DNA from: Eledone cirrhosa
Taxonomy: Eukaryota
Length of the DNA stretch: 64,000 bases
Direction of reading: 5' to 3'
Assembly (NCBI GenBank): GCA_964016885.1
Contig: OZ024751.1
Span: 45,198,001-45,262,000, forward strand
Shown here one piece after another: positions 52,790 through 64,000 of this stretch. The notes under the pieces are model-generated. The model worked only from the letters and a program-made list of their open reading frames with translations. It was not told the origin of the DNA and made no database searches. Position 1 is the first letter of the stretch, and each line of letters starts with the position of its first letter. A program made the translations under genes and the position numbers.

Positions 52790-52864
52790 ATCTGTCAAAA
52801 AAGAACGAGGAAATTATTTATTTACTCGAAATGATTTTCACGGCGCTATTAACTCTTATGTAAA
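52790..52864 (+). CDS. FKBP8: FKBP8 coding exon 5 (TPR1)
   Basis: tctAG|SVKKERGNYLFTRNDFHGAINSYVK|GTAAGT; phase 2 to 2. Confidence 0.93.
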
Positions 52865-53248
52865 GTAAGTATCACAATAACTTCTTTTCTTTATAGTAAT
52901 CCTCATCACCACCGTCATCATCATCATCACCACCATTGTTTTTACATTGTTTTTTTCCCATGTTAATATGGGTTGGACGTGACTTTTTGAGGCAATGTTT
53001 TACAATCGGATGCCCTTACATAACAATTTTTAAAATTCATTAGTGCGACATAAATCAATTTATTTGTTTCAGACGAAGAACCTTTTATACAAAATTTGTC
53101 AAAGACTGTACTATTATCACCTTCTGCTAACATCTATTCTCACCTATTAACACCTTCTATTATCACCTTCCATTAACACTTTCTATTATCATCTTCTATT
53201 AACACTTTCTATTATCATCTTCTATTATTGTTGTTATCTCTGAAACAG

Positions 53249-53360
53249 AGCTATCAGTATTATTGATCAAGAGGAAAATATTGAAATGACAGAGAAAACT
53301 GAACAGATTCGGGCAGAAAAAATTAAATGTTACAATAACCTGGCAGCTGCTCAAATTAAG
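53249..53360 (+). CDS. FKBP8: FKBP8 coding exon 6 (TPR)
   Basis: aacAG|AISIIDQEENIEMTEKTEQIRAEKIKCYNNLAAAQIK|GTAAAT; phase 2 to 0. Confidence 0.93.
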
Positions 53361-53886
53361 GTAAATATTGTTTCTTTATAACACCTCTTACATTGGGTAC
53401 TGTTGCTGTTGTCACCTTATTACTGATGTTATGGTCATCTTTTTACTCTTGCTATGGTCAGCTTGTTACTCTTGCTATGGTCAGCTTGTTACTGTTGCTG
53501 CTGGACATATACAAATGTCACTGTCTTCTCTAGTGTCAATGTGAAAATATGTGTGGCTACATACATATAATCGATGGGCTTCTGCACAGTTTCTGCCTAC
53601 CAAACTTCACTCATAAGGCATTAGTCTGCTCAAAGCTATAATAGAAGGCCCCTTGCCTAAATTAACATGCAATGGGATTGTACCCCAAACTATGAGGTTT
53701 AGAAGCATCATCATCATCATCATTGTTTAATATCCATTTTCTATGCTTGCATGAGTTAAGCAAGCTGTCACTTTATGAGACGGGTCAGGTGAGGCGACCA
53801 TGTCTTGCTCTTACGGATTTGTTTGGGGCTTGGTTTTTATGGCTGAATCCCCTTTGATAAACATTTCAATGTCTTCTGTTTTGTAG

Positions 53887-53976
53887 ATTGAAAGATATAC
53901 TGAAGCTGTGAAAGCATGTGAAGAAGTTTTAGAACATGACCCCAAAAATGTCAAGGCACTTTTTAGAATGGGAAGA
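53887..53976 (+). CDS. FKBP8: FKBP8 coding exon 7 (TPR)
   Basis: tgtAG|IERYTEAVKACEEVLEHDPKNVKALFRMGR|GTAAGT; phase 0. Confidence 0.93.
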
Positions 53977-54208
53977 GTAAGTTTATCAGAGAAACAACTA
54001 TTCAATTATCTTTATTTTCTTTTGTAATATTTTAAATTCATTCTTATTTATATTAAAACCTGTGTGGCATTGATGTTTCCATATAATCACAAGTTGGATG
54101 GGTTTGGAGTTTGTTGGCTTAACAAATTTAGACATTACTTCACTGGGGAGCAATTTAAAAAAAGGACAATAAGAAAAAAAATAATATTACCTAATATTGT
54201 AAATTTAA

Positions 54209-54416
54209 CCCTTTAGCATATACATTACTCTATATTTACTGTTATATTTTCATGGTAAACACTTTACCTCACATAACAATATCGAATCTGAGATTTTGAT
54301 ATTATTTATTTTGAGAACAATACCTTAACATCACTATGAGTGGCCGGTTACAGCCAGATGATCAGAAAGAAGTGAAAGAATTCTGGCCGGATATGGCCAG
54401 TTTAAATGCTAAAGGG
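54209..54416. mobile_element. TTAA-family MITE in an FKBP8 intron
   Basis: TTAA|ccctttagcata ... aatgctaaaggg|TTAA. Confidence 0.78.
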
Positions 54417-54480
54417 TTAAAGCAGTAATGATTATTTATTAAACATTTTGTTGATGCTAACTTGCCATTCTTTACTCTAG

Positions 54481-54558
54481 GCTTATGCTGCCCAAGATGA
54501 AACAAAAGAAGCTATTATACAGATGAAGAAAGCACTAAAATTAGAGCCAGAAACTAAG
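54481..54558 (+). CDS. FKBP8: FKBP8 coding exon 8 (TPR)
   Basis: tctAG|AYAAQDETKEAIIQMKKALKLEPETK|GTGACA; phase 0. Confidence 0.92.
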
Positions 54559-55293
54559 GTGACATTTCTGTACTCACTGTTCACATATTTCATGCTGTCT
54601 TCATTAACTCTTAACATCCTGTAATCATTTAGTAGAAAATATCTAAAAACATGTTTCTTAATTCAAATGTTTACTGTATTTTTACTAGTGGATAGATCGC
54701 TGTGAAGATTTTTGTTATTACAGTGAAACCTTGAATTTTTAATATGATGCAGTCATAATGATAGGGGCTCCAGTCCTATCGTGTTACAACTCACCCCTGT
54801 GTAGGTTTAGCTGGCCTTTTACACATAGATTTCTCAGGTGTTTTAATGACAGGGGCCCCAGTCCTATCATGTTGTTACAGATCACACCTATGTAGGTTTA
54901 GGTGGCTCCCTACAAGGTTGCATCTCATTGGAGGTTTCTCAAGTGTTTTAAAGATATGGGTATTTTATCATGGCATAAACACTAAAAAAGAGTCTTCCCA
55001 AAACATTGGCAGGTTTTCTATGTCTGGATGTCCTTCATATCACCAACCATTTTACAGAGTGTACAGGGTGTGTTTATCCTGTAGATCACAAATACAAGGG
55101 AGGTTGTCATGTCTTTGACACAGTTGGAGGGTCCTTCTAATCCTTTGTTTGACAAGCTTTCTGTGTCTGGATGTCCTTCCTATCATCAACCATTTTACAA
55201 GTGTACTGGGTGTATTTATCATGTAGATCACCAACACCAACACAAGATGTGTAGATTATAAGATTACTATTAAAGGCCTTTGTTTTCTTTCAG

Positions 55294-55419
55294 ATTATTC
55301 ACCAGGAACTATCAAAACTCACCAAAAAGTTATCTAAGGAAACACAGTCTGAGCGTAATATGTGTAAGAAAATGTTCCGTACTGATAAACCTCCTGCTAA
55401 ACCACCTTCAGATTATTCT
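55294..55419 (+). CDS. FKBP8: FKBP8 coding exon 9 (post-TPR helix, calmodulin-binding region in orthologs)
   Basis: ttcAG|IIHQELSKLTKKLSKETQSERNMCKKMFRTDKPPAKPPSDYS|GTAAGT; phase 0. Confidence 0.92.
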
Positions 55420-55439
55420 GTAAGTTTTGGCATTTTACT

Positions 55440-55587
55440 TTATTCCTAAACACATTATCCCTAAACATATTATTTCTAAACACATTATCCCTAAATGCAT
55501 TATTCCTAAACACATTATCCCTAAATGCATTATTCCTAAACAATATCCATAAACACATTATTTCTAAATAAATCCCTAAACACATTA
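55440..55587. repeat. About 15-bp minisatellite
   Basis: tattcctaaacacat / tatccctaaatgcat units. Confidence 0.8.
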
Positions 55588-55990
55588 TGGATGGCTGGTC
55601 ACAAACAAGTTCAGTACATAATCAATGCCACTGACCTCTCAGATGAGACTTTGTATTTTATATAAATTGAATTTATAATCATAATTGTGATATAAATAAA
55701 AATATAGTAAACTGTTCCTTTATTTTATAAGTGTAAAAATTCCATTTTTGAAATAATCAAAGATTTAGAGGGAATACTAAAAACGAAAGATAATTATTGA
55801 TATTGGGGTAGAAGACAACAAAACCAAAACCCTGTAGGATTCTAAATAGCCCCCTAAATAACACCCCATTTTTGGCTAGATTTCTATGGTCCTTCCAGGC
55901 CTTCATAATCAAATTGATAACTTATCCCAGATATTTAATGAAACTATGTCTGATTTTTGTTTTTTATTTCTTTTCATTTTATTGTTTCAG

Positions 55991-56065
55991 TCTTGGAAAT
56001 GGTCAATTATTGCTGGTAGTTTGGTCGTGGTATTACTTTCATTAGGTGTTGCGTACTTCCGTTAG
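55991..56065 (+). CDS. FKBP8: FKBP8 coding exon 10 (C-terminal tail-anchor helix and stop)
   Basis: ttcAG|SWKWSIIAGSLVVVLLSLGVAYFR*; WKW plus hydrophobic helix plus basic terminus, as in FKBP38. Confidence 0.92.
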   Translation, partial: SWKWSIIAGSLVVVLLSLGVAYFR

Positions 56066-57729
56066 AGAGCAATCACTACACCTGATAGCCAGCAATTCTC
56101 ATGGGACCACTAAAACTTAAAACTTGATTACAACTATAGAACATTTTAATATTTACAAACTGAAAATTGAAAACTTGAAAAAAATATAAATTCTTATTGA
56201 AAAAAACCAACAAAAAACAGCAAACAACAAAATTCTCAAAAAAACTTTTGCAGCCTCCTCCTCCTCCTGCTGTCTTTAAACTTTGAAAGTGATGAGCACG
56301 ATATTCTTTCTTGAAATTTTTTTCTAGATGAAAGTGGAATCTACTTTCATGATTCTTGTAGCAAGCACTATCATGTTTTCATAAAGTCTTTGTATTCATT
56401 TTGAAAATTCAAATATTTTTTTCTCAGGAACTTTAAAATACTTTTTTTTTTTTTACTTTCATTGTTCTATTTTTTTGCATTTGCTTTTTTTTCTTTTTTA
56501 ATTTAAAAAAAAAATTTGATAAAAATTTCATTTAAAAAAAAAACTTTTTTTTTTTTCATCTAATCACAATAACTTAAATTTGGTTGGAGAAACCACGCAA
56601 AAGTGTCTTGATGGTTGGTTTCTGTTTCGGACTAAAAAAAAAATATTGATGTTGGGGTAGAAGACAACAAAACCAAAACCCTGTAGAATTCTAAATAGCC
56701 CCCTAGTTTTGTGTTTATGATTGCTTAGTTCCCCTTCTACTATGAAAGTTATCATTGATGATTGTTGTTGTTTTTAGATCCAGAACATGTTTTCCAGAGC
56801 CATGACCAGCCTGGCTCTTTAGAAGTATATTTAATGTCCTTCTTTCCTTCAAAGATGGTGGAGTGGAATTTGAAGGTGATTTAGCTGCTATTTTTAGTAG
56901 CAAGTTTAGCAACCGTCATTGGCTCAAGTCAGCATAGGAGCCTGGCTAATATGTAATATATTGTCAACAGATGTTCCTTGTGAACTATAACAAGGTATAA
57001 ACAGGTGTAATGACGTAGGAGCAGGCATGACAACATCGTTAAGAAATATGCTTTGTAACAACGTTCTATTTCATTGCAATCGTATCTTCTACCATAATCT
57101 AGGGCTGGCCCAATAACTTGTGAATAGACAGAAACTGTATAGAAGCCTGTCATATATATGTATATGCGTATTTGTTTCTGTACTGTGTCTTCATAGTTGA
57201 CAACCATTTGGACAGCATTGGAGTTTGCTTATATCCTACAGCTCAGCAGTTTGATATGCAAAGACCAGTAGAAAAAAAAGTACCTTACTTAAAAAAACTA
57301 AAAAAACTATTGGCACCAGGAAGGGCATCCAGCCAAAGAGTACTGCCACAACAAGTCTCGTCCAACCCATGCCAACATGGAAAAAGGAAAATGATGACAA
57401 TGGTAACAGTGATAAAACTGGACAAAATCTATATCAAGTCATACATTGATCTTATTAATATCATTCCCTTTCGTTTTTAAAAGTAATGAATGTATGTGTG
57501 GGGTATGGTTTAAGATATTAGGATTTTGTATTAATTAAATATAACTTGATTTTTATTTTAAAATTAACGAGAAATATGTCAGCAAATTATGAACGACAAC
57601 AAAACAATGTTTACACAAGAAATAAATTTTAAAAAGTGAAATATTTTAAATCTTGTTAAAATAGAATTTAAAATATTTGCTAATAAATTATTGCAGATTT
57701 AAATATATTTTGAATGTATGTTGGCTTAA

Positions 57730-57925
57730 CTCTTTAGCATTTAAACTGGCCTGAATTCTCATATCTCTCTGTTCAAACTGGCTATGACTGGCTGCTCATA
57801 CTGACGTTAAAGTATTGTTCTCAAAATAAATAATATCAAAATCTCATAGATTTGATATTATGTGAGATAAAGTCTTAACTGCAAAAATACAATAGTATAT
57901 ATTGAGTAATATAAATGCTAAAGGG
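57730..57925. mobile_element. TTAA-family MITE
   Basis: TTAA|ctctttagcattta ... taaatgctaaaggg|TTAA. Confidence 0.75.
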
Positions 57926-59727
57926 TTAATAGCAACCTGTTTCAACAAAATAATTTTTTTCTATCAAAATAATCAAACAAGTTGGGCATACATTCCCTTA
58001 TCAAAGTGGACAGTTAACAAAAAAAAAAAATTGCTTTGAAGCAGCTTATGTTAAGTTACCATTTTTAAAACTTAAAATGTGATTTATTAAATATTTATAT
58101 CGACTGGCCAATAAATAAGACTTAAAATGCTTAAAATGACCAGTATGTTGTGCTACCATTACCCCAAAGCAAGACTGACAATTGCTTGGCCTGTTGTAGG
58201 TGTGAGTTCATATCACACACATGATAATATCCACTTTTTATGTCAAACTTGTTGAACTATTTACATTGTAAAGACAAAAACACCCATGTTCAAGCAGCTT
58301 TCGTTAAGTTAACATTTATTTAATGCTCTGTGAGGATGATTGATATATATGTGTGAGAGGAAGATAGTCAAATACGGAGGCCTGACCAACCACTTCCTCT
58401 TTGCACTGGTCTCAGTCAAGACCTCTGGCATCCTTGATCCCCGCACTGCTGATTTTCTCTATAAAGTCAGAAAGACAGCAGTCTGCTTGAGGACAGCCTT
58501 GTGATGAGTGGTGGTTGCTGCAGCGGGTGTCTCTAGCAATTCACTCCCTCCCTTCTTTTCTTTCGTTAATTGATCCTTTATTTTTTTGTCTTGCTTTTTT
58601 GTTTCCCATTTATTATATACTGCTCAATAATTGTTATCCAATGTCTGTAATTTGAAGGCGATTTTGCTGCTAATGTTAAGTGTTGATTCACTGCGCCTTC
58701 TGTTGTTTCCCTAAGAAAAAACAAGATATTTAAACTGTTGTCGTTATTTTTTAAGGATAAGAGGAAACCCTATACGTGGCTTTCACTTTTTCAAATAACA
58801 CGAACAATTGTCAAATTTGTCATTGCAATTCTGTCATTTCAGAAGACGAAAGAAAAATAAGTCCAGTAACTTCTAAAATTTGAGAGTAGTTTATGGTTAA
58901 CAGTGGAGACAACTCTGGAACTATTTCAGTAGATATAATTTGAAAATGGTTATATTTTATTGGATAAAGAATTAAAAAATATATAGACTGTTGGTTAGAA
59001 ATAAAAAAAAATCTGTGCTCATCGCCTTTATAGACGTTCTCTAATTAAAAGTTGTGCATAATCAAAAGAGTACATTGTATTTAATCAGTTTGAATCATTG
59101 AAATTTGTTGGGAGGAAATAGGAGCAAGAAGGGAGATAAGTCAGATTGAAGATTTGAGAGTAAGCATGGAAAATGGAAGTGAAATACGGTTGATTAATGA
59201 GAGGAAATACAGGGGGATTAAATGGATTTAGAGCTCTTGCTAATTCCTAGTGTAACAAACAACGGTATCTCACGACCATGTCACTTAATGAAAATGAAGG
59301 CGCGTAGACAGACTTACAGTCATAATGTCGTGGGTTCGATTTCCAGTATACTCAGCTGAAAATAAGTACCAGCAATAGCTGGAGGTTCAGCCCAGCGATA
59401 GGCTGGCGTCATGCCCAAGGATGGGGGTTGTAATCGCAGTTACTTAATGCCACGGAAATTGAGATAGCAGCCTAATGAGCCTCAGGGTTCGAGACACGAA
59501 CTAAAGTGGTTATTCACTTGACCTGCTAGAAATAGTTGCGAAGCTAAATTCCCAACCCATGCGTCTTAAAGTACACACTAAAGAATTTATATATCCTTAA
59601 AAATAGACGTGATGGTCACAGCTGGAATGTCTTTAATGGATAACTTGAAGTCAAATCAACGCTGCCATCACATATACGAGATTGTCAATTTCCTGCAACT
59701 TCAGTTTTTTTGTTTATATATATATCT

Positions 59728-60010
59728 AAAGTCTGTCTTAAGCCAGAAGGCTCATTTGGCCGGTGCTTATCCCGGTTTCATGGCGTGAAGCGACTGAGAG
59801 TACAAGACCCCCCCCCCCCCCGGACAGGACGCCAGTCCATCGCAGTCCAACCTCCAGCTATTGCTGGTACTCATTTTCAGCTGAGTAAACTGGAGCAACG
59901 TGAAATAAAGTGTCTTGCTCAAGGAAACAACACATCACCCGGTCCGAGAATTGAACTCACAACCTTTCGATTGCAAGCCTAATGCTCCAACCACTAAGCC
60001 ATGCGCCTTC
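59728..60010 (-). mobile_element. tRNA-headed SINE (same head as 3669, different tail)
   Basis: Reverse complement begins gaaggcgcatggcttagtggttggagcattaggcttgcaatcgaaaggttgtgagttcaattctcggaccggg and ends agacagacttta. Confidence 0.8.
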
Positions 60011-60169
60011 ACACACACACAGTTTTTTATGGTATCGAAACATATTTAATGTGTATGGTAATCGTGTTTCCCTTTAAATAATGGATCTTAGTTCAGAACC
60101 TCGACAATTCAAATTCAAAAGATATATTTAGAGAGAAAAAGTCATATATCGTTTGAGAAACACTGTTTT

Positions 60170-60252
<83 letters not shown>

Positions 60253-60294
60253 CACGATATTAACAAATGGAAACTATATTTATAAAACCATATT

Positions 60295-60359
60295 TATTTC
60301 ATTATACATATTTCAAGGATACCAAGTTAAATTATGGTATGCCTTCATCAGACAAAATA
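60295..60359 (-). ncRNA. Type I hammerhead ribozyme motif (mirror copy of 61030-61094)
   Basis: Exact reverse complement of the plus-strand motif in the right arm. Confidence 0.72.
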
Positions 60360-61029
60360 CAATATATACCAGTTTTATAAATAAACATTGACGTACCCTT
60401 TTAAAATGCAACCGTTACTTTTGGAAGACATCAGGACTGGTATACCTTCATCAGACAAAATACAATATATACCAGTTTTATAAATAAACATTGACGTACC
60501 CTTTTAAAATGCAACCGTTACTTTTGGAAGACATCAGGACTGGTATACCTTCATCAGACAAAATACAATATATACCAGTTTTATAAATAAACATTGACGT
60601 ACCCTTTTAAAATGCAACCGTTACTTTTGGAAGACATCAGGACTGGTATACCTTCATCAGACAAAATACAATATATACCAGTTTTATAAATAAACATTGA
60701 CGTACCCTTTTAAAATGCAACCGTTACTTTTGGAAGACATCAGGACTGGTATACCTTCATCAGACAAAATACAATATATACCAGTTTTATAAATAAACAT
60801 TGACGTACCCTTTTAAAATGCAACCGTTACTTTTGGAAGACATCAGGACACCTGATGTCTTCCAAAAGTAACGGTTGCATTTTAAAAGGGTACGTCAATG
60901 TTTATTTATAAAACTGGTATATATTGTATTTTGTCTGATGAAGGTATACCAGTCCTGATGTCTTCCAAAAGTAACGGTTGCATTTTAAAAGGGTACGTCA
61001 ATGTTTATTTATAAAACTGGTATATATTG

Positions 61030-61094
61030 TATTTTGTCTGATGAAGGCATACCATAATTTAACTTGGTATCCTTGAAATATGTATAATGAAATA
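61030..61094 (+). ncRNA. Type I hammerhead ribozyme motif
   Basis: tattttgt-CTGATGA-aggcatacca-taatttaact-tggtatcctt-GAAA-tatgta-TA^-atgaaata: stem I 8 bp (2 GU), stem II 10 positions with one C-C mismatch, quasi-palindromic stem III, AUA cleavage triplet. Confidence 0.75.
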
Positions 61095-61224
61095 AATATG
61101 GTTTTATAAATATAGTTTCCATTTGTTAATATCGTATATCTACTCCAAATACTTGTCGAGTGCTTTATATCAGTTATAAAAATATTTGCTTGTTGTATCC
61201 CAACAATTTAAATAGAACTTTTGC

Positions 61225-61257
<33 letters not shown>

Positions 61258-61261
<4 letters not shown>

Positions 61262-61567
61262 TAATTAAAAGTTTAACAAGGTTCAATGAATAAAGTTTCA
61301 CAATAGATTATAGGCACTCTACAGAGAGGTTTTCTGGAGTTATATTAATAAATATAGACATTCATGTGATCAAATATATTTTATTATACATATTTCAGAG
61401 ATACTGAGCTATTTCAACAGCTAAATTATAACCATCAACATAGTCAAGGTATGTCAGGCATCAACTTATTTTATCTGATGAGGACGTACTGTTGAAATAG
61501 CTCAGTATCTCTGAAATATATATAATAAAATATATTTAATCACATGAATGTCTATATTTATTAATAT
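61258..61567. repeat. Fold-back element: 79-bp inverted arms plus tail
   Basis: 61342-61420 is the near-perfect reverse complement of 61489-61567; flanked by TA-rich tracts. Confidence 0.9.
61467..61532 (+). ncRNA. Type I hammerhead ribozyme motif
   Basis: tattttat-CTGATGA-ggacgtactg-ttgaaatagct-cagtatctct-GAAA-tatata-TA^-ataaaata: perfect 8-bp stem I, stem II 10 positions with one C-C mismatch, palindromic stem III AUAUAUAU. Confidence 0.8.
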
Positions 61568-61838
61568 TTTGAAGCAATATATATATAGTTATAGATATAT
61601 ACACATATATTTATGAATATATACACACACGACTCTGAAAGGTGTATTATTAGTAAATGTTTGTTCCATACTTTGATTTTCAGAACTATACGATTCAATA
61701 TATCCATCCTTTCCTACACATAAAAAAAAAGATAGTAAGGTAGAGACTTGGTTGCTATCTTTAGCAGACAGAGTGACCTCGTAAAGTCTCCCCTTTGACT
61801 AAAAAAAAAAAAAAATGAAGAGATTTAAATTACACCGA

Positions 61839-61894
<56 letters not shown>

Positions 61895-62099
61895 GAAAAT
61901 AGGAACAGATGTTGCCACCAAACGTCATTTGATTAACTATGTAGCAGATATATCGATGGAAATAAGCTTGCATTACATATAAATTGACCACTTGGTGAAT
62001 ATATTTAAAAGGAAGAATCATACTTATTATTTTAAAAAATATATATTAAATGAAATGGATTTATTGAAAATATATATTTAGCGTAAATATTTAGATATA

Positions 62100-62300
62100 T
62101 ACGGGGATCGGCTGACTATGAAGGAGTGACGCTAAAGCTGTATGACGTTAGAGCTGTGAAATCTTGAATGTATTAATCTCAACTCTTCTTATTAGTAACT
62201 GCATTGTTTCTTTCCAAGGACTATGTTGAAAAATAAACCTCATTAGCTTACTCCATGAGAGTGTCTTGGTCTGCCTATGAATTTTAAGCCGACCCTCGTA
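62100..62300. mobile_element. Mariner-like MITE
   Basis: TAcggggatcggctga ... aagccgaccctcgTA with internal sequence shared with 110-274 and 24750-24960. Confidence 0.7.
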
Positions 62301-63044
62301 AACAGCAAGCTGTTTCTATTGGCTTTAGATCTTGGAACAATCTTTTAAATATTTAAATAATTTGTCGACAAAGAGAAAGTCTATATTACATCGTTTATGT
62401 TTTAAAAACAAAATAAGTTTAAGGGATATAATAAGTGCTATACTATTTTTTTTTATAAAAAAAAATTAAACTACATTAAAACCTCAGCATTCGATCTTTT
62501 TCACTGTAATGGAAAAAACGCAACGATTAAACGGAAAAGTGAAGTGTTACCAGAAAAATCATCTACATTTTATAAAGAGCTATTATTGCTAGAGTAGTCC
62601 AATCCTTCTCACTCCTGTTAGAGGAACTCCTCCCTGGTTGACCTCCACTGCTTTGTTTGGTTTTGGCCATGTTAGGGGTGTAGCTGTTTCACCACACTTG
62701 GTCAATTGCGGGCTATTTAAACCCTAGTTGGATGTACGTTGACTCCGAAGAGTTCATCCGCCCTTTTAACAGCTCTTGCTTTTTTTGTACTGCTGGGGAT
62801 TCCACTTACTCTCCTCACCAGACCAAGGTTTGGTTGGGGAGCTAGTTTAGTCGCCAACTACTTAACTATGAAGCAGATTGTACTGGTTTACATGGTACCA
62901 GTAGCAGGCAGAAGCCTGACCTGACTCCCAGAGTTGTATGACATTTTAATTTATTTTTTTGTGGTCATATAATCTTGTGTTGAAAGAGTCAGTGTAAAGA
63001 TAAGGTTACTTAGTACAGAAAACACGCATCACCGGGCAATGAGA

Positions 63045-63832
63045 CTTTACAGGGTTGCTAGACATGCTAGAAATAACAGCCAGATGTCCATAAAATTACA
63101 CCCCACCGTCTTTATAAAAGGAAAAGCATATTAAATAAAGTTTTCATGTCTCAGGGAACCCCTACAAAATATTATTAGATACCCCGCCGAGGTTCACTTT
63201 GCTTTTCATCCTTACGGGATCGATAAAATAAAGTACCAGTAATGTAATGAGTATTTGCTGGCCTTGTGCCAAAGTAGAAACAATTATTAATCTCTAATCC
63301 TTTTATAATTTTATCGTAGTTCACGTCGTAAACATAATATATTTGTTTCCGATAACTGGTTTAAAGAAATCCTGATCCTCTTTTTGTCAAATTTATTGGT
63401 AATGCAAAAAAGAAAAGCAACAAAAAACAACCATACTGTTCCTAAGTCCACACATTAACTTTGCCTTTTATCCTTACGGCGTCGATAAAATAAAGTACCA
63501 GTAATGCACCGAGTATTTATTGGCCTTGTGCCAAAAGTAGAAACAATTATCTTATCACTGTTTCTCGCGGAACCCTAAGATTCCGGAGAACACCGGTCGA
63601 GAAACGCTACTCTACAGGGTTGCTCGACATGCTAGAAATAGCAGCCAAATGTCCATAAAGTCACACATCCCATCGTCTTAATAAAAGGAAAAGCATATTA
63701 GATAAAGTATACCCCCCAGGTAATGAGACTACAGGGTTGCCATAAATGCTAGAAATAGCAGCCAGATGTCCATAAAATCACACATCCCACCGTCTTAATA
63801 AAAGGAAAAACATATCAGATAAAGTATAGCCC
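63045..63832. repeat. Three about 100-bp direct repeats with two interposed SINE-like pieces
   Basis: tacagggttgct...atgctagaaatagcagccagatgtccataaaatcacac...aaaggaaaagcatatta near 63048, 63613 and 63730. Confidence 0.8.
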
Positions 63833-64000
63833 TAGATCTACTAGGTCCTCTCGTCGACTCATGTCCGTATAAATATATAAATCTACAGATACCTGTGAGT
63901 CTGTACGTATTTGATACAACCATACACAAGTAACCCTAACCAGCATCAAAATAAATTAATTCGGTAAATCTGACGAAATATTTTCTCATTTCAAAATCTA

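Larger units (their letters stand above)
60254..61135. repeat. 882-bp asymmetric palindrome containing 103-bp tandem units (5 left, 2 right)
   Basis: Units start at 60342, 60445, 60548, 60651 and 60754; centre catcagg-aca-cctgatg at 60841-60857; arm lengths 594 and 285 differ by 3 x 103. Confidence 0.96.

Overview
AT-rich, repeat-dense eukaryotic DNA with spliceosomal introns, (TA)n microsatellites, tRNA-headed SINEs and RTE/CR1 LINE debris. The repeat complement resembles a coleoid cephalopod such as Octopus (inference, not proven). Three genes are supported: the last coding exon of ABHD17 (+, 15695-15917), SNRNP35 (-, one coding exon, 38609-39370) and a complete FKBP8/FKBP38 with 10 coding exons (+, 48850-56065, 686 aa by my exon arithmetic), divergent from SNRNP35 and carrying five tandem 32-aa repeats. 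Also present are a 1.9-kb 27-bp satellite, a 5'-truncated RTE LINE, TTAA- and TA-flanked MITEs, an initiator-tRNA pseudogene and a tRNA-Gly/LINE-tail chimera. The most notable signal is a set of fold-back elements inserted in TA microsatellites. The two at 60254-61567 contain three structurally complete type I hammerhead ribozyme motifs (two distinct sequences) with covarying stems, and degenerate relatives occur near 12.2, 15.1 and 21.1 kb. Most short ORFs in the supplied track are microsatellite or repeat artefacts.
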